Positions 60,046 to 64,000 of a stretch of DNA of 64,000 bases are shown in pieces; positions within the stretch are counted from its first letter, which is position 1, and every line of letters starts with the position of its first letter. This DNA is from an uncultured Poribacteria bacterium (lineage in GTDB: Bacteria; Poribacteria; WGA-4E; WGA-3G), in assembly GCA_951813565.1 (NCBI GenBank), contig OX638351.1, positions 3,264,001 to 3,328,000 of the forward strand. Reading direction: 5' to 3'. Below the pieces are notes generated by a model. It ran no database searches. It was not told the origin of the DNA and saw only the letters and a program-made list of their open reading frames with translations. The translations under genes were made by a program, and so were the position numbers.

Positions 60046-61398
60046 ATGCCAAAACCTACAGATATTCGCATCCTTGACGTTCAATATGATTTTGAAGAAC
60101 ACCAATACCGAACTCCGCTTAAATTCGGTGGCGTGCCAACAGATCACTGTGTCCTTTTTAACGTCCGTTTGCAAGTGCAAACACGTGATGGTAAAGAGGC
60201 AGAAGGAAGAGGCTCTATGCCGCTCGGTAATGTTTGGGCATTTCCACCGCGTTATGTGCCTTTTGACCAAAGTCTCGCTGCCATGAAAAATCTCGCTGAA
60301 TTGGCAATTGATGCAACAAGAGATTGCACACGCTGTGCACATCCGCTTGAGCTCTCTGAAGTGCTGGAACCAGAATTTCTACAAATCGCAGATGAATTGC
60401 CGCAGACGATACAGCTTACAGCACCGATACCGAAACTTTGTACTGTTGTCACGACAAGTCCGATAGACGCTGCAATTCATGACGGGTTTGGAAAGGCAAA
60501 CGGTATCAATAGTTATAATGGTTTGGACGAAGATTTCATTGAATCGGATCTGTCGCATTTCTTGGATGGTGAATTCGCAGGAAAATACCTTGATCGGTAT
60601 ACAACACGCCATCCGAAGCCGGATATGCCGCTCTATCATTTGATTGGCGCGCTTGACCCGCTTACGGAAGCGGATATTACAGAACGTCTCAACGACGGAT
60701 TACCAGAAACGTTACCTGAATGGATTGTCGCCGATGGGTTAACACACCTAAAGATAAAACTGAATGGCGACGACTTGGAGTGGGACGTGGCGCGTGTTCT
60801 TGCAATTGACAAAATCACCGCTGAAACACAGGCTAAACGAGGCGTTAACACTTGGCACTATTCCGCTGATTTTAACGAGACATGTCAAGATGTGGAATAT
60901 CTGTTGGAATTTCTTAATCGGATTCAGGAAAAGGAAGCACAAGCATTTGAACGTCTTGCTTACATTGAGCAACCGACCAATCGTGACTTAGAAGCGCATC
61001 CAGAAAATAAGATGCACAAAGCTGCCGAGATAAAACCGGTAGTGATCGACGAATCACTCACTGACTTTGAAACCTTACTATTGGCACGCGATCAGGGATA
61101 TTCAGGTGTTGCGCTAAAAGCGTGTAAGGGACAGTCGCAGGCGTTGCTTATGGGTGCCGCTGCGCAAGAGTATGACATGTTTCTTGCTGTTCAAGATTTA
61201 ACGTGTCCGGGGGCATCGTTTTTACATTCTGCTGGACTCGCTGCGCGCATACGGGGGGTGACTGCTATTGAGGGGAATGCACGTCAATTTTGCCCCAGTG
61301 CGAATGATGGCTGGCGAGACGAATTTCCATCAATTTTCAACATTGCTGATGGTACTGTGGGGACACAAGTGCTAATGGGTCCCGGTCTTGGACATTGA
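60046..61398 (+). CDS. Enolase superfamily (mandelate racemase-like) protein
   Basis: RTPLKFGG, HLKIKL, ADFNE, YIEQP, IDES, ALKACKG. Confidence 0.82.
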   Translation: MPKPTDIRILDVQYDFEEHQYRTPLKFGGVPTDHCVLFNVRLQVQTRDGKEAEGRGSMPLGNVWAFPPRYVPFDQSLAAMKNLAELAIDATRDCTRCAHPLELSEVLEPEFLQIADELPQTIQLTAPIPKLCTVVTTSPIDAAIHDGFGKANGINSYNGLDEDFIESDLSHFLDGEFAGKYLDRYTTRHPKPDMPLYHLIGALDPLTEADITERLNDGLPETLPEWIVADGLTHLKIKLNGDDLEWDVARVLAIDKITAETQAKRGVNTWHYSADFNETCQDVEYLLEFLNRIQEKEAQAFERLAYIEQPTNRDLEAHPENKMHKAAEIKPVVIDESLTDFETLLLARDQGYSGVALKACKGQSQALLMGAAAQEYDMFLAVQDLTCPGASFLHSAGLAARIRGVTAIEGNARQFCPSANDGWRDEFPSIFNIADGTVGTQVLMGPGLGH

Positions 61399-61425
61399 AC
61401 TGTCCATCATGGTCGTAAAACATAA

Positions 61426-62418
61426 TTATTTTCTTTGTTTTATTTCTCCCCAAACCGTCGTGAGTAATCCTTCAGGTTCAAGAGCGTACCGCCTGGTTGC
61501 CCATTCAAACGCCGACAAACCTCCGTTGGAATACGTTTCCAATACTCGCTCAGTCACCCCACTTTCAATATGCACTGCAAAATTAACATAGCTAAATATG
61601 GGAATACGATCAATGTAGGATGAGTAAACAAGGTACTTGCCATCAGCTGACCAGGTGAGGTACTCAATGTAAGCATCTTCTTCAGGTTCTATGTACCGCA
61701 AGTTGTGAGGTCCCACAACGGAGACAATGCCAAGTTTATAGGGTTTAGTTTTAGTCAGAAAAGCTAATTGTTTTGAATTGGGTGAGAAAACAGGAAATTC
61801 ACCGTCTTTGATAATATGTGAAGTCTTTTTCAGAAAAGTATCAAAGAGAAAAACACCGAAGTCTGTGCTGTAGGCGATTTGTTTTCCATTAGGTGCCCAG
61901 TCCACCTGATATGGATTTTCTTTCAATAACAGTTCTGCGATCGGTTTCTTTCTCTCTATCTCCTGATTTGAAATGAGGTAGAGCCCGCGTTCCAGAGGCT
62001 GCTTAATAATAATGAACGAATGGTTCGTGAATATCACATCTCCGTCCGGTGAGACGTCGGCATCAATGATTTCATTATATTCTCCTTGTGTCAGTTTTTT
62101 CGGCGCTGCATTCGGATTCTCTCTATCAAGTAAGTAAACATCATCGAAAGAGTCAAACTCATCTTTGCCTTTTATCCTAACAACAGCTACGATATAGCGG
62201 CCATCTTTTTGTATAGAGAACTTCGTAATATCATGCGGCAATCTGAAAAGCGGTTGTGCGCTGCGTCCATCATTTACGTTGCCAATCCATAATTCTCGGT
62301 AGTCCTTTGGGTATCTAAAGATGATCTCGCCAGTGGGAGCGGCGTGCGTTGCCACTGGCAAGAGAAGAACAAGACTTAAACAGATCGTTTTGAGTGTCTT
62401 TTTAAAACTGGATTTCAT
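61426..62418 (-). CDS. Exported TolB-like (PD40) beta-propeller protein
   Basis: Signal peptide; WAPNGKQIAY, FSPNSKQLAF, WSADGKYL; C-terminal LLTTVWGEIK. Confidence 0.75.
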   Translation of the reverse strand: MKSSFKKTLKTICLSLVLLLPVATHAAPTGEIIFRYPKDYRELWIGNVNDGRSAQPLFRLPHDITKFSIQKDGRYIVAVVRIKGKDEFDSFDDVYLLDRENPNAAPKKLTQGEYNEIIDADVSPDGDVIFTNHSFIIIKQPLERGLYLISNQEIERKKPIAELLLKENPYQVDWAPNGKQIAYSTDFGVFLFDTFLKKTSHIIKDGEFPVFSPNSKQLAFLTKTKPYKLGIVSVVGPHNLRYIEPEEDAYIEYLTWSADGKYLVYSSYIDRIPIFSYVNFAVHIESGVTERVLETYSNGGLSAFEWATRRYALEPEGLLTTVWGEIKQRK

Positions 62419-62564
62419 GATTACTCCTCCTGGAGAGGTGTAAACTGTCTCATTTCCATCGGGAATTCCTAAATCAATGATTTCGCCATCTGGTCGGTGC
62501 GATGGCATCCAAAAACTAAAAAATCAGAGAGAAATTTGAAGAATACGCGAAAACGTCATAATGT

Positions 62565-62715
62565 TCACTTAGATTCCGAAGAAGTCTTCTTGATTTCTCC
62601 CCATTGCGTTTGCATCTTACTTTTTGGGAAACCGATAACGCATTGCCACTAATCCAATCGACCTCATAATCATTACCAGGGTGATCCGTTAATTGGGTTG
62701 TTTTCTTTGTTGCAA
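62565..62715 (-). pseudogene. 3' remnant of a paralogous exported gene truncated by IS1634
   Basis: VDWISGNALSVS / PKSKMQTQWGEIKK across a frameshift. Confidence 0.5.
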
Positions 62716-64000
62716 CCTACATTCCACAGTTGTTAAATCAGATTTTAAGTATTTATGTTATACCCTACATTCCGCAGTTGTTAAATCAGATTTTAAGTAT
62801 TTATGTTATACTGTTGTATCTTGAATAATAGGAGATGATACCATAACTGAACCTACTTTTACAACCCTACGCTTAGATCATCTTGGCATTGTTGCTGGTG
62901 TATGTGATCGTATTGACTTGATTGACACGATTGATACCTTTATTGGTCTAACGAAACGGAAAGTCTCAGTGGGTGAAGCTGTGATGGCAATGGTCTTGAA
63001 TGCTTTAGGCTTTGTCTCACGCCCTCTCTACTTGACACCTGAGTTTTTTTCTAATAAACCCGTGGACTTGTTGGTCCGGTCTCACCGCTGTGCTGCCGAT
63101 TTTTCGGACGATAGTCTTGGGCGTGCTTTAGATACTCTTTATGAAAACGGAGTTACCGAACTTTTTGCGATAGTTGCGTCCAAGGCATTATCAACATTTG
63201 ACATAGCCCATCGTTTTGTCCATCTGGATAGTAGCACGTTTAGTTTGCATGGAGACTATGATACCGAAACGGACGATGAACACGCCATTCACATCACCTA
63301 CGGATATAGTCGGGATCAGCGTCCGGACCTCAAACAGGTGGTTGTCCAACTCATTTGTTCTTATCGGTCTCAGTTCCCGGTATAGTTCAAAGCACTTGGC
63401 GGTGTTCCTCAAAGGTGGTTAGTTGTTTATTCCGATGCAGCGTCCCATCGTGAAGTGGCGACTTTGGAAAAAAAGATTGCCAAAGCACAGGGGGTTGCCG
63501 AGACATCCTTCAAGCGATTGCAGCATAAAACGTTTGACACCTATTCAGCTGCTGAAGCCGCTGTGGCAGATATATCCAAATCTTGGAAGTATCATCAACC
63601 TTGTGCCCCCATCATCTCTGTTCCACATTATACAACTCCGGGACGACCTAACAAAACGGATAAACCGACACACTTCCGTTATCGGATTGAGGGTAAAGTC
63701 GTTGCGAATGTGGAAGCAATTGAAAAACTCAAGCGCAGCAAAGGCAGATTTGTGCTCGCCACGAATGAGTTAGACACAACTTTACTTGACGATGCCACTT
63801 TACTTGATGTGTATAAAGCACAGAACATCTCTGTAGAACGCAGTTTTCGCTTTTTGAAAGACCCTTTATTCTTTGCCGCCAGTCTATATCTAAAAAACAA
63901 CCAACGCATCATGGCATTGCTGATGGTGATGGGACTTTCGCTGCTTGTTTATGCGCTTGCGGAACGATGGGTTCAAACCGAGTTGGTCAAACAAGAACAA
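62716..64000 (+). mobile_element. IS1634-family element with degraded transposase; runs off the window edge
   Basis: Left end CCTACATTCCGCAG; LDHLGIVAG, LGRALD, VHLDSSTF, YGYSRDQRPDLKQ, YKAQ..VERSFRFLKDP; start codon ATA, stop and deletion near 63385. Confidence 0.8.

Noticed and set aside
1..64000. rRNA or tRNA genes
   Set aside because: No cloverleaf or rRNA signature recognised by eye; a covariance-model scan would be needed to exclude them fully.

Overview
Bacterial chromosomal window. The gene families point to a sponge-symbiont lineage such as Candidatus Poribacteria (inference): several LamG proteins ending in KL(S/T)TTW(G/A)xxK, secreted WD40 proteins, several PhyH dioxygenases, a DUF6785-type membrane protein and PorV-like barrels. 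Intact housekeeping genes (map, miaB, tyrS, pepA, gpmI, prs, ccmC/ccmD) are interleaved with an AvaI/BsoBI-type restriction-modification pair, a DUF433/DUF5615 toxin-antitoxin pair and several decayed genes (mrr, FRG domain, a large unknown gene). The mobile-element load is dense: IS607, IS701, IS630, an IS3 remnant, IS1634, several MITE types with readable TIRs/TSDs, and GTAG-type REPs. Most notable: (1) a family of ultra-short (34-35 nt) hairpin units with a constant tail (C/T)GTTGATTTGG. They insert after CG without target duplication, into REPs and into each other, and three filled/empty allele pairs are visible within the window. (2) A UvrD helicase lacking the 2B region, with an in-frame GIY-YIG nuclease inserted. 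(3) An IS607 TnpB with the rearranged (pro-Fanzor-like) RuvC site, no zinc-finger cysteines, and a reading frame open across nearly all of tnpA. (4) An archaeal-type phosphopantothenate synthetase. (5) A shared C-terminal motif on exported proteins of different folds that may be a sorting signal. No rRNA, tRNA or CRISPR array was recognised. All product calls come from motif recognition by eye; no database search was run.
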